In this document: positions 12,572 through 25,560 of the stretch, piece after piece
How the letters are laid out: each line of letters begins with the position of its first letter
How positions within the stretch are numbered: the stretch's first letter is position 1
NCBI GenBank assembly: GCA_024137785.1
Contig: JAHRHZ010000028.1
Span: forward strand, 27,693,847 to 27,738,448
DNA from: Ginglymostoma cirratum
Lineage: Eukaryota
Direction: 5' to 3'
DNA length: 44,602 bases
The notes under the pieces: generated by a model
Databases searched by the model: none
What the model was told of the DNA's origin: nothing
What the model saw: only the letters and a program-made list of their open reading frames with translations
Position numbers and translations under genes: made by a program

Positions 12572-13863
12572 CTGCCAAGTTACTTTGCAGGCTCTGTGAA
12601 GTTCTCCCTTGTGGTTTCTGGCCGACAACTTGAAACTACTATTCTTTTAAGATATTAGGACAGAGTCGTTCAGATTCAGGTCATTTAAGGTTTTGCTGAT
12701 TGGAAGAGCAGCACAGAGGTTGAATACAAGGTCTCAGAGTTTCCCTGAGATTGTACTGAATTTTTCAATGCATTTCATTGCATTTTACCTGAAATTGGGC
12801 AACAGATTGAGGACAAATTGGGCTTTTAACTCAGCAGGGTAGTGGGGAGAGTGGTCATGTTGGGGTGGAATTTATAAATCTGGAGAAAAGCCAAGGTCTT
12901 CTGATCCAGATAGACACAGTGTAACAGGAAGTGACTCTATAGCTGAACAGTTACATTGCATCAGTGAATCAGGCCAAATCAGGGAAAATGTTAAAAGTTA
13001 AAATTAAGGACATGTTTAACTGTGTAGAATATTCATAATAAGATGGTCAAATTAATGGCACAATTAGTGATAAATGGGCTTGATCTCGTAGGCGTTACAG
13101 AAACTTGGGGCAGGATTTTCTCACCCTGAGGGTGGAAGTGGGTGGAGGCACTTGGCCTACCATTAGCTGGCACATCAGTCAACTGGCACCACCCCAGCAC
13201 TTTTTGATGGAGGCTGTTCAAGGTAGGAATGCCGACGTGCTGCTAAGCAGTGGGAACTTCTTGCGATAGTATTCATGCCTGTAAAGGCAGATAAATAGAA
13301 GCTGGTTTGGGAACTTTCCAGCTGGCCCATGGCCCTGCTACTGAGCTCAAAACATAACTGATGAAGAGAGGTGGCCTCTTGGCATCAGACCAGGGTGGGG
13401 GTGGTGCCAGTGTTCAGTTTGCATTTTAAATAGCCCTCCCTCAGAGTGAGAAATGACCATAGCTATGAGCAGGGACTGCCCTGTGGCAGGGGAGTTATTT
13501 GATTACTTGAAATGTGCAGAGAGTCTGCCTTCATCTTGTGGGATCCTCTGTTTATTTTACCTGCATCAGCAGCATGCATTGGCATTGATGGGTCTGCTGC
13601 TTTCGCAGTGCCAGAGGGTCTACATTGTCCTGAAGCCATGGGAGATGTCTCAAATGGCCTTAATACATCCTGATCACATAGTGGGCCTTCACCCAAAAAC
13701 TGGATTGGATGACAGGCACCAGTATAGTGCAGGGTCTGGACCCAGAGATAATTTCAATGTCGGAGTCCTGACCGGAATATATAAACCCACTTGTCTAGAA
13801 ATTGCTGAAATCTGTTAATAATCTGTGCATGCCTATTTAGAAAATTATAGTATGATAAAAATC

Positions 13864-14095
13864 TTAGAATTACTGTGTGGAAGCAGGCCATTTGGCCCAT
13901 TGATTTCACTCCGACCCTCCAAAAAGCATCCCACCCAAACCCACCCCTCCCCCTGCTTAATCAGAGTCAATGTGGTTTTATGAAAGAGGAATTGTTCTTG
14001 ATAAATTTGTTAGAAATTTGTGAGGATGGAGTGAGAAAGGTAGATAAGCGGGATCTTTAGCCTATGGCATTATTGGATTTTCAAAAGGCATTCGA
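13864..14095. mobile_element. HE1 SINE 3' fragment (minus, about 13864-13955) and CR1 RT fragment (plus, about 13958-14095)
   Basis: gtgtggaagcaggccatttggccc SINE tail; cagagtcaatgtggttttatgaa...gattttcaaaaggcattcgat (QxGF...DFQKAFD). Confidence 0.7.
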
Positions 14096-14800
14096 TGATC
14101 TGATCTATCTGGCCCCTTATAAAAAACATTTAATATTTATAAAGAATAAACTTGCCATGTGAAAGGCACTGCATTCCAGATGAGATTTGACTGGTCAAAT
14201 TACTAGGCTTTAAGAAAACACACTTTATTCTTGCACCCCTTAACAAAAAACAAATTGGCAATGTTTTAACTGTGTTAAAATCCTTAACAAAATAACATAT
14301 TATTTAACTACTACTAATCCAGTGTTTCAATATCGTAACATCCCATAAAACACACCCTTGGCAAAGGCAAATTCAGCAAAGCAGATTTGCTCATGTGCGA
14401 TCTTCTCACTCTACTCCAGCAGAATGAAACACTGAAAGAATGAATCTAGCAGCAGGGACAGAGCTCAAGCTTTTTGTAGCAGCAGAGAGAGAGCTGAATC
14501 TTGCAGCTTCAACTCCAAATCTCAAACTTAACAACTGAAAGCAAAACTAAAATCTTTGTGTAGGTGTGAGTCTGGCTGCACCCACTCAATCTTCTTTTGT
14601 CTAGTTTTTAAAACAAAACAAAGCTATTTACTCCATTTTCCATGGAGCAGACACCTTGGTACCAGGTTTAAAACATCCCTCTTCAAGAACAACAGGACAG
14701 AACAAATCCCTCTTAAAGCCACACTTTATCACACCTCACCCCTCATCATTGTTGGCTTAATTTTCAGAGACTAGAGTCTTATGTTATTTAAATGCTACAT

Positions 14801-14836
14801 TTATATATACATATATACATATATATATATGTATAC
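14801..14836. repeat. (TA)n microsatellite
   Basis: tatatatacatatatacatatatatatgtata. Confidence 0.8.
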
Positions 14837-16164
14837 ACGCAAATTGCATTGACGTTAAGCATGCAAATATTCAATGCTACAGTCCATTTCAATCAGTTTT
14901 GTCCACCAATAAACACCTCCTTCTCCTTTAAAATCTTGACAATGTGTTGACAATTGCATTCTCTCATCCTGCCACACATATAATTCTCAAATTGAATGGT
15001 TATAACAATAAACTCCATCTAAACGGTTTGGTATTTTTATCTTTTTAAATTTTACCAAAACACTAAGAACTTATGATCAGTGTATGCAATTATCTCAAAT
15101 GCATTGTTGGCAACATAATGTTGAAAGGTTGAAATGCCAACACCAAACTCAAGATCTCTTTCTCAATAGTGAAATATTTTTTTTGATGAATATTCAACTT
15201 TTGGAAGAAATACCCAATACTACCCAAATCTACCTACAGATTTGAGGATTCTACAGATGTCCAGACCCGAGTACTATCAAAGTTGTACCCACAGACCCAG
15301 GGCTAATGTACCAGCTTCCCTGTGGAACCCACAAGGAGACCCGGAACCAAGATCCGACCCCTGACCCTGCAGCGACACTGACCCGGAACAGACTTAGCTT
15401 GATCAGCAACTCACCCTTGCGAAGGCCTGACCAGTCCAGCACCTAACTCCAGACTGGCAGCAACATGACCTCATGGCAGCCCCACCAGCCAAGGCCTGGT
15501 CCCCGATCCCATGACTACTTGACCTGGCCTTGACCCACTTAGGTCCTGAAACAGCAGACTCAAACCAAAGACTCCCGGGATTGTCCAGATGCAGGAAACC
15601 TACATGGAGACAGGGAAGAGGCATTGGCCTGCAGGTGAGGCCGAAACAATACGGTTTCAAGTTTCCCCTCCCCAGCGTAGTCTTTGCAAATGTTCAGGCT
15701 ATCAAAAACAAAATAGATAAACTCAAATCTAGACTTACCTTCCAGAAAGAACTGAGAGACTGCTGTGAGCTCTGTTTCACGGAGACTTGGCTCATTCCTG
15801 CCATTCCTGACTGTGTCTTGCAAGCTGAGGGGTTTTCCATATGTCACATGGACTGCATAGTGTCCTTAGATAAGGCAAAAGGTGGTGAAGTATGTTTCCT
15901 AAACAACATTTCCTGGTGCCTACACGGGGTGACCGTGGCAAGTCACTGCTCCCTGGACCTAGAGTACCTTACAGTAAAATGCGATCTCTATTATCTGCTG
16001 TGTGAGCTCACCTCTGCCATTCTGGCAGCAGTCTACATACCACCCCATGCGGAGGTGAAGGATGCCCTCGATGAAATTTGCACCACCACAAACACTCTGG
16101 AAACGAAACTCCCTGAGGCTTTATTCATCATGGCCGACTACTTCAACCAGGCCAAACTCAAGAG

Positions 16165-16677
16165 AGATAACAAGATGTAGAGCTGGATGAACACAGCAGG
16201 CCANNNNNNNNNNNNNNNNNNNNNNNNNNNNNNNNNNNNNNNNNNNNNNNNNNNNNNNNNNNNNNNNNNNNNNNNNNNNNNNNNNNNNNNNNNNNNNNNN
16301 NNNNNNNNNNNNNNNNNNNNNNNNNNNNNNNNNNNNNNNNNNNNNNNNNNNNNNNNNNNNNNNNNNNNNNNNNNNNNNNNNNNNNNNNNNNNNNNNNNNN
16401 NNNNNNNNNNNNNNNNNNNNNNNNNNNNNNNNNNNNNNNNNNNNNNNNNNNNNNNNNNNNNNNNNNNNNNNNNNNNNNNNNNNNNNNNNNNNNNNNNNNN
16501 NNNNNNNNNNNNNNNNNNNNNNNNNNNNNNNNNNNNNNNNNNNNNNNNNNNNNNNNNNNNNNNNNNNNNNNNNNNNNNNNNNNNNNNNNNNNNNNNNNNN
16601 NNNTGGCCTGCTGTGTTCATCCAGCTCTACATCTTGTTATCTCAGATTCTCCAGCATCTGCAGTTCCTACTATCTCT
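16165..16677. mobile_element. Penelope pLTR inverted-repeat insertion (family 2) spanning the assembly gap
   Basis: About 40-bp perfect inverted flanks around Ns; TSD CAAACTCAAGAG at 16153-16164 and 16678-16689. Confidence 0.8.
16204..16603. other. Assembly gap (400 N)
   Basis: Run of N. Confidence 1.
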
Positions 16678-19600
16678 CAAACTCAAGAGGGTGCTGCCAA
16701 ACTACCACCAAAACATCTTCTGCCCCACAAGAGGACTGAACATCCAGAATCACTTGATATGTAACCATCAAAGATGCCGACTGCTCCATCCGCTATCCGT
16801 ATTTCGGAAAGTCAGATCACAGTGCTGTGTTTCTCCTCCCGGCCTCGAAACAGAAGCTGAAGCAGAAAATCCTTCACAGAAAGTAATATAATGCCGGTCC
16901 GAGGCAGTGGAAGAGCATTTCCGAGACTGTTTGGAATCAGCGGATTGGACTGTATTCTAATACTCAGCAGAAAACCTGGACAATTATGCCACCACTGTCA
17001 CGGACTTCATTAGCAGATGAGTGGACGACTGTGTACCGATGAAATCAATGTGAGTAACCCCCAGCCGGAAACCTTGGATGAACCAGGGAATCCACTCCCT
17101 ACTGAAGACCAGGCATGCAGCATTCAAGTTGGATGACCCAGGCCTATACAGAAAATCTAAACATGATGTCTGCAAAGCCATCAGGGATGCCAAGAGGCAG
17201 TACCAGACCAAGTTAGTAACCCAAACCCATAAGGATCCCTGCCGCCTGTGGCAAGCCTACACAATGAAATGGGATACAAAATGAAGCACAGCGATATAGT
17301 GGACAAAGACACATCCCTCTTTGATGTGCTTAATGCTTTCCATGGTCAGTTGGAGCAGATCACTCGTGGCACAATGTCTCCTGCCCCTACTGGTCTGGAC
17401 GCACAAGTTCCCTCCATCACCACTGCAGATGTTAGATCAATCTTTCTGAGATTAAACCCAAGGAAAGCAAAGGGTTAGGACTGAGTCTGCGTTCGTGCAC
17501 TTAGATCCTCTACGGCCCAGGTATTCACTGACATCTTCAGCCTTTTCCTCCTGCAAACCGAAGTCCCCCCCGCTTCAAGAAGACCACCACCATCCTGGTA
17601 CCTAAGAAAGCACATGTAATGTGTCTTAATGACTAGCACCCAGTGGTTCTGACCTCAATAATCATGAAGTGCTTCGAGATGCTGGTCATGGCTCAGATCA
17701 ATTCGAGCCTCCCAGCCTGCCTTGACCCCCTGCAATTTGCCTACTGACATAACAGGTCCACAGCCAATGCCATTTCCCAAGCCCTGCACTCATCCCTGGA
17801 ACATCTGCACAGCAAAGACACCTCCGTCACACTCCTGCTCATTGACTACAGCTCTGCCTTCAACACCATTATCACCTCCAGACTGATCTCAAAGCTCTGA
17901 GACCTGGGTTTCGGCCCTGCCCTGTCCAACTGGATCCTCAGATTCCTGACCCAAAGACCGCAATCACTGAAGATAGACAACTGCACCTCCTCCAACATAA
18001 CCCTCAACACTGGAGCCCCCAAGGATTCTTTCTCAGCCCCCTGCTGTACTCGCTGTACACCCATGACTGTGTGGCGAAATTCCAAACAAATGCCATCTAC
18101 AAGTTTTCTGATGACACCACTGTGATATTATGGATAGTAAGCAACGATGAGTCAGAATAAAGAATGGTGACAGGGGGCTTGGTATCGTAATGCAATGATA
18201 ACAACCTCTCTCTCAATTTCGGCAAAACCAAAGAACTGATCATTGGCTTCAGAAAGAAAGGAGGAGAAATGCCCCCATCTACATCAACAGATCAGAGGTT
18301 GAAAGAATTGAGAGTATCACATTCCTAGGAGCAACGATAACTGATAACCTGTCCTGGACTTCCCATGTAGATGCAACAGCCACGAAGGCACAAAAATGCC
18401 TTTTTTCCCTCAGGTGGCTCAGGAAATTCAGCATTTGAGGTCCCTCCCTAACTTTTGCATCACAGAAAGTATACTGACCTGGTGCATAACGGTCAGTTTC
18501 GGCAACTGCTCTGCCCAGGACTGTAAGTAACTGCAGAAGGTTGTGTGCACAGCCCAGACCATCACAGAATCCAATCCATGGCCTCTATTTACACATCTCA
18601 TTGTCATGGAAAGACTGCCAACATCATCAAAGACCCATCCCACCCCGGTAATGCTGTCCTACAACCTCTTGTCAGGCAGACTATACAGAAGCTTGAACAC
18701 ACACACCTGCAGGTTCAAGAACAGTTTCTTCCCTGCCATTATTAGACTGATGAATGGACTGTCTAGCTTCAAATAATGTTGATCTTGTTAATGTGATCTT
18801 TCCTAGTGCACTGTGTAACCTGTATGCCTTATTCTGTGCAAGTTTTTTTCACCTTATGATCTGTATGTCCTTGTCTACTATGATCTGCCTGTACTGCTCG
18901 CAAACAAAGCTTTTCACTGAACTTGGGTACACATGACGATAAATCAAACCAATCAATCAATAGGTCTTTCTATCATCTCATAGTTTAATTTTAAGAGTAC
19001 AGCATTGACACTCACATCCCTCATATCAATAGACACTTCAAATGGTTTTGCATGATTAAGTGTTACTAATACCGGGGCAGTGGTCATCACTGCTCTCATG
19101 CTGTCAATCGCCTTCTGCGACTTCTCCATCCACTGAAATTTTCTGCAATTCTTCAACAGGTCAGTCAGTGGAGCAACCACGTTGCCAAAATTCGGTGTGA
19201 ATTTTGGATAAAATCCACTCAGTCCCAGGAATCATAGTACTTCCCTCTCCGTTGATGGTGTGAGAAACTCCCCTTTATTTTCACATCTTGTGGGGCCATC
19301 TATCCATGTCTAATAATGTGGCTTCAGAATGTAACTTGGGCTTTTGCAAATTCACTCTTAGCCAAATTTATCACCAAACCCGCCCCTTGAATTTCTCAAA
19401 TAATTCTGCTAGATGCTCCAAATGTTCCTTCCATATGTGACTGAAAATCACTGGACTGTCTTTGTACAACACACATTTGGTAATCCTGGAATGACCTTAA
19501 TGGTTAGTCTTTGAACTGTGGCTGGCATATACTTCAAAACAAATGGCATGACTTTAAACTGGTAAAGTCCATCTGCTGTCATAAAAGCTGAAACTTCTTC

Positions 19601-20494
19601 CACTCTTTTGCATAACTGTACCTTCCAGTATCCTCTGAGTAAGTCAATCTTAAAAATAAAAGTTGCTTGTCCCAACTTCTCAATACAGTCTTCCAAACGT
19701 TGGAATAGAATACAAATCAGATGTTGTGACTGCATTGGTTTTGCAGTTGTTCACACACAATCAAGAGGTACGATCTGGTTTTGGCACCATGGATGAGCTC
19801 CATTTGCTGTGACACATTTTGATTATGTCACCTCTGAACATGCTTTTTGAACCTGTGCCAATTTTAGAGGGTTATGTCTATAAGGAAGTTACTTAATTGG
19901 AACAATATTTTCTATGTCTACATCATGCGCAATCAGCTTAGTACTTCCCAGCTTATGCCCAAATATCTCTCCATGTTATGGCAGTAACTCTTTCAGGTTA
20001 TTTTGATTTTCTCTGGAAGGTAACTCAGTACTTTATCCCAATTTTTGAGAACTTCCTCACTGTCTAATTTAGTTTGAGGAATACCCAATTTAGAATCATC
20101 TGAACTTGGCTCTTCACTCTGTGCTGCAACAAATAGCCCATTCACCTTTTGTTTTCCTTCCCTATCAAAACACTGTTTAAGCATATTCACATGATACACC
20201 CTGTGAGTTTTCCTTTCATCTGGTGTTCTAATCAAATAATTCACCTCACTCAATTTCCTTTCAATTTGATAGGGCTCACTTAACCTTGCCTTTGAAGGTT
20301 CACCTACCACCGGAAGTAATATCAATACTTTATCTCCACTAGAAATTTCCTGTCTGTTTTCTGTTTCATCACATGCTGGGATATTTTTAAATGCTGTCTA
20401 GTCAACTCACCTAGTCTATTTAATCTCTCCGTAAAATTCGACACATAGTCCAAATATGTGTCTCTGAACTCTAACTCACCAACTTTTCATAATC

Positions 20495-21050
20495 AAAGAG
20501 TCATACAGCACGGAAATTGACACTTCTTTCCAACCAATTGATGCCCACCATAATCCCAAACTAACATTGTCCCACCTGCCTGTGTTGTCGCATATCCCTC
20601 TAAATCTTTCTTATTCATGCACTTATCCAAATGTTTTTAAATGTCGTAACTGTACCAGCATCCACCAGTTCCTCTGGAAGCTCATTCCACACACAAACTA
20701 TTTTCTGTGTTAAAAAGTTGCCCCTCATTTCTTTTTTAAATCTTTCTCCTCTTACCTTAAAAATATGCCCCTAGTCTTGAAATCCCCACATTAGGGAAAA
20801 GACACCTGCCAATCACCTTGTCTAAACCCCTTATGATTTTATTAACCTCTACAAGGTCACCCTTCAATCTCTTATTTGCCAGCAGAGAAAGTCCCAGCCT
20901 ATCCAACCTCTCCTTATAACTCAAACCTTCCAATCCCGGCAACATCCTGGTAAATCTTTTCTGAACCCTCTCCAGCTTGATAATATCGTTCCTTTAACAG
21001 GGAGACCAGAACTGGACACAGTACACAAGAAGATGCCTCACCAACACCTG
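20495..21050 (-). mobile_element. CR1 LINE 3' fragment
   Basis: ORF 20757-20945 LPGLEGLSYKERLDRLGL...LKGDLVEV, plus CR1 3' UTR. Confidence 0.9.
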
Positions 21051-21961
21051 CACATGAGGTTAGGATCACTTAAGCCTTTTGTAGCAACAGACAGAGAGGG
21101 CAGTATGTAGCAGCTTCAACTCCAACTTCAACAACTCAAAGCAAAACTCAAAACCCTGAGTCTGTGCGTCCCTGACTCTACTGTCTCATGCTTCTTCTGT
21201 CTAATTTTAAAAGAAATACCTGAAGCTTTTTATTCTGCTTTCCATGGAACAGACAGCTCAGTACCAGGTTTTCAATACCCCACTTCAAGAGAAACATGAC
21301 AGAACAAATCACTCTTAAAGGCATATTTTGTCACAATATTGAACAAAAAAGTGCAATTCAGTTGTCAACACTATGGGCTGATGCTTTGTCAAGCTGCTGG
21401 TTATTCACATATGAATCTTGATTGTGCAACAGGTTATCGCACCTATCAGTGTTGAGGCTTTGGCTTAGACCAGACTCGTCCAACTGGTGGCCTATGGACT
21501 ACAACATGACTTACAAAGGGGTCCTTTCTGACCCTTGACTTGTGTCCCAAATACATGGGAAAGATTCTGGAAGGAGTTGTCCCTCCAATTAGAGACTGTT
21601 TCTCTCTACCTTTGCTGCTGATAGGCTGGGGGTAGCAAGCAATTTACATGTCCCTGCCTTCATTGACCCAGTCACCTGAACACAAGGAACAGTAGTCTAT
21701 TGGTGGTTGGGTGGTACTGGAGGAGAAGACAGGGGACAGAGGGCTGTTTAGCTGATGAAGGGAGGAGGCCAAGAGTCAGTAAGCAGTTTTAGCAAACAGG
21801 TTATGTGACAGTGGGCAGCTTGAAGTTGAATCTTCATGGTGGTGAGCAGGTTGGGTTACAAGACTATGAGTAGGCCTGGGAAAAACAAGCCTCTCTCCTT
21901 TGTGCACATGTGCCAGTCCCTGAGAGACGGAAGTCAAGATGGTGGAGCATGTTTCTTGAGC

Positions 21962-22464
21962 TGTGAGTGAGAAAGTGTGTGAGTGAGAGAGAGAGAGCAT
22001 GATTGAGAGTCTGAAAGAGTGTGTGTGTGTCTGTGAGTGAGTGAGAGAGTGAGAGAGTGAGGAAAGAGTGTATGAGAGTGAGTGAGAGTGAGTGAGAGAG
22101 AGAGAACATGAGTGAGAGTTAGAGAGAGAATGCATGTGAGAGAATGTGTGAGAGTGAGTGAGAGGGTGTGTGAGAGTGAGTGAGAGGGTGTGTGAGAGTG
22201 AGTAGAGAATGTATGAGAGTAAGTGAGAGGGTGTGTAACAGTGAAGATATAGTGTCTGAGAGTGAGTGAGAGGATATGTGGAGGTGAATGAGAGGGTGTA
22301 TGCAGGTGAGTCAGAGAATGTAAGTGTGGGTGAGTGAACGAGAGATTATAAGTGTGGGTGAGTCAGAGAGTGTAAGTGTAGATGAGTGAGAGAGTGTGAG
22401 TGATTGAGCAAGTCAGAGAGTGTGAGTGCGAATTACAGAGAGAGTGTGGGTGAGTAAAGGAGTG
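21962..22464. repeat. Compound (GT/GA)n low-complexity tract (continues 24352-24665)
   Basis: gagagtgagtgagagggtgtgt-type units; the His/Ser/Thr/Leu ORFs here are artefacts. Confidence 0.9.
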
Positions 22465-24351
22465 TGCAGTGATTGTAACAAGGTCAGCTGGGCGGATATT
22501 GTGGAAGATGAGTTCCCTGATTGGGGCTGTCAATCTGGTCCAATCAGGGAGCCCTGGCTGACACATATAAACAGCAGTGTCAAAGGTTCTGTTCACTCTG
22601 AGACCTGGCTCTAAAGAAGCTGGATCAGTGTCAAGGACTCTCCACTTGTAAATAAAGAGTGGTTTGGTGACGGGATACCGGCCTCTATGGAGTTATTTCA
22701 GTGGCGACAAGGAAAAATAAAACGCTCATGAAGGAATTTGCCCACACCAGTCATTTTTGAGTTGGGGTTAGCATTTCTGGCATCATGCCATTATTTGAGA
22801 AGCTTGACTTGTTCGATCCTGCCATCAAAGACTGAGCCTAGTTTGTGGAAGGAATACATTATTTTCTCCAGGCAAATGACATTAGGGCAGATGAGAAATA
22901 ATGCCTAATTCTCCTGATAGCTTGTGGACCTGGAGTTTATCAGTTATTAGGAGCCTAACTTTTCCTAGGCACAACTAGATACTAAAACCTTTGAAGAGTG
23001 GACAGATTTGGTTATGGAATATTACAGCCCCTAGCCTGCTTTAATTCTGAGTTACTGTTGGTTTTACTTGGCAATTTGAGAGCTATGGGAATCTATGTCA
23101 GGATTTTTGACAAAGTTAAGATGACTGGCAGAGGCATATGACTTTGGTTTAACCCTTAATGAGATGCTGAGGGATTGTTTGATTTGTAGGATTAATAATG
23201 TAACCAAGCCAAAGTGTCCAGCAACTGGACTTCAAGCAGGACTGCAACTGGCTTTATCATTGGAAAATGTGGCAAGAGGAGTTTATGAGTGACAGGTTAT
23301 ACTGATGGAAGTGGACACCCTTGCCAGTCTGACTGAGCTTGGGGAACGTCACTCAAGTGAAGGCAATTCCGTAGCCTCACCCAGGGCATATCCTGAACAG
23401 GAGGACTCTGGGTTAGCCCACAGCAAAACCCCAAACCAAAGCCAAGCCTTGGCCAAATGGTCAACATTTTCTTCGGATCTGGGCCAGCAAGCTATTGTAA
23501 TTGCTGCCAGTATGAGGACCTGAGGCAGTAAACCAGTCCTGCTAGGCCTGAATTGAGTAAGAGTACGCATAGGCTGGTATCCAAGAGAATGCCCACCCTT
23601 CAAAAGCCCACCTAAATCTGGTTCAGAAAAGTTAAATTGCTTCGTGACATCCAAATCATGTCCAATCAAAATAAATGTCTGGTTAAATGGTCTCCCAGTT
23701 CTAATGGAGGTTGATACCGGCACAGCTGTATCAGTGATTGTCGAACCATCTCTAATGAAATGCACTCTGGACTCCAACCCTTAAGTCTACATAAGACCTC
23801 GGCTAGACTGAGAACCTATACTGGGGAACCTTTACAGATTAAGGGCACGACTTTGGTTCCAGTCTCGTCTGAGAAGCAGTTGGTCCAGTTACCCCTGGTT
23901 GTAGTGAAAGGCATCGAGAGGGACATGGTGGATGTCACAGCCTCGATGCCTTTTCCGCCTGAGAAGAGGATGAATTTCTTCCGATATGCTCCGGGCGCAA
24001 GAGGCAGGCTACGGTCTGGTACACATTGCCCGTAACTGAGGCTGAGTCGGAGGAACCAGACCCATTGTGTAAACGGCCCAGGAGAGGCTGTAAGAAAAAG
24101 AGCAGGCCTATGGCCCAGTCAGAGAGGGAGAGGGACGTAGTGATTGTAATGAGGTCAGCCAGGGGGATCTCATAGAATATGAAGTCCCTAATTGGGCCTA
24201 TTAATTTGGTCCAATCAGGGAGCCTGGCTGTCAGCTATAAACAGGAGTGTCAGGGCTGGTTCTGAGGAAGCTGGATCAGTGCCAACTTCTATTCATGTGT
24301 AAATAAACAGTGACTTGGTGGTGGGATGCTGGCCTTTGTAGAGTTATTTCA
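22465..24351 (+). mobile_element. Internally deleted Gypsy LTR element (gag remnant plus protease; no RT/INT)
   Basis: LTRs 22465-22700 and about 24136-24351; TSD GAGTG both sides; PBS gtggcgacaagg at 22701; PPT about 24121-24135; gag start MPLFEKLDLFDPA near 22785; protease LMEVDTGTAVSVI near 23701. Confidence 0.9.
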
Positions 24352-24689
24352 GAGTGTGTGAGTGAGTGAGTGTGGTGTGAATGAGATTGGATGTGAACGA
24401 TTATGAGGGAGTGGGTGTGAGTGAGTTAGTGGGTGGGTGAATAAATGTCAGGGAGGAGAGAGTGGTGAGTGAGACAGTTGGTCATTAAATGCAAGAGCAT
24501 GTGAATGTGAGACGGTGCAAGTGTGACAGGGTGCGAGTGTGAGAGGATGTGAGCGAGTGTACATGTGAGAGAGTGTGTGTGTCAGAGAGTGAGACAGTGC
24601 GAGTCTGCGACGTGGAGAATGAGAGTGTGTTTGCGTGTATGTGTGATATAATGTGAGAGAGCATGTAGGTAGATGAGGGAGCAGGAGAG

Positions 24690-25560
24690 TGGGTAAGGTA
24701 GTGGCAGTGAAGGTTTTCTGGGAATACAGTGAGATCTTGATCAACTGGGCCAGTGGGCTGAGGAATGGCAGATGAAGTTGATTTTAGATAAATGCAAGGT
24801 TTTGCATTTTGTTAGGTCAAACTAGGGCAGGACTTACACACTCAAGGAGGGTTATAGAACAAAAAGATCTAGGGGTACAGGATCATAGCTCCCTGAAAAT
24901 GGTAGACAGTGTGGTGAAAAAGGCTCTTGGCATGTCATTTTTGTTGATCACAGCATTGAGTAGGGGAGTTGGGATGTCTTGTTGCAGCTGTGTAAGATGT
25001 TGGTGAGGCCACATTTGGAGCATTGCATACAGTTCTGGTTGCCTTACAATAGAAAGGATATTATTAAACTAGAAAGAGTGCAGAAAGGATTTACTATGGT
25101 ATCACTTGGACTGGAAGGTTTGAGTTATAAGGAAAAGCTGGATAGGCTGGGACTTCTTCCCTGGAGCGTAGAAGACTAAGGGGTGACCTTATAGAGGTCT
25201 CTAAGATCATGAGAGGCATAGATAAAGCAGATAGTCAACAGATTTTCCCAATGGTAGGGGAGTATGAAACTAGAGGACGTAGATTAAAGATGAGAGGGAA
25301 GAGATACAAAAGGGTCCAGAGGGGCAGTTTTTTTTTACACAGAGGCTGTTGAGTGTCTAGAACCAGCTGCCAGAAGTAGTGGTGGAGGTGAGTACAATTT
25401 TATCATTTAAAAACATTTGGACAAATACATAAATGGGTTTGACATGGAGGGAGATGGGCCAAATGCTGACAGATGGGATTAGATCAATTATGAAGACTGG
25501 GTGGCATGGATAAGTTGGGCTGAAGGGCCTGTTTCCATGCTGTAAACCTCTATGACTCTA
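24690..25560 (+). mobile_element. CR1 LINE 3' fragment
   Basis: LVRPHLEHCIQFW...LERVQKGFT...LSYKEKLDRLGL; tail ctatgactcta. Confidence 0.9.

Larger units (their letters stand above)
15220..18957 (+). mobile_element. Near-full-length degenerate Rex1/Babar LINE
   Basis: APE domain (LPSVVFANVQ...CFTETWL...AVYIPP...ADYFNQ), RT motifs ([14 protein letters not shown]...KFSDDTTV), 3' RFKNSFFP and (CAAT)n tail; multiple stops and frameshifts; CAATA shared at both junctions. Confidence 0.9.
14096..21335 (-). mobile_element. Degenerate Gmr1-like Gypsy LTR retrotransposon (INT C-terminus, RT, RNase H), carrying nested insertions
   Basis: 3' LTR about 14096-14733 with PPT at 14734-14743; partial 5' LTR about 21070-21335 ending in the same tcaca. 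Integrase GPY/F tail (ORF 19993-20325), RT (KIDLLRGYW...FKVMPF, 19448-19735), RNase H (18953-19180, continuing at 15219 as IGYFFQKLNIHQKKYFTIEKE). Left boundary approximate. Confidence 0.85.

Noticed and set aside
16138-16891. Mirror-image ORFs MNTAG...WPAVFIQL
   Set aside because: Artefact of the N run flanked by inverted pLTR arms.
21776-22135. His/Ser/Leu-rich ORFs (also 24448-24744 and 25550-25854)
   Set aside because: Translations of GT/GA microsatellite.
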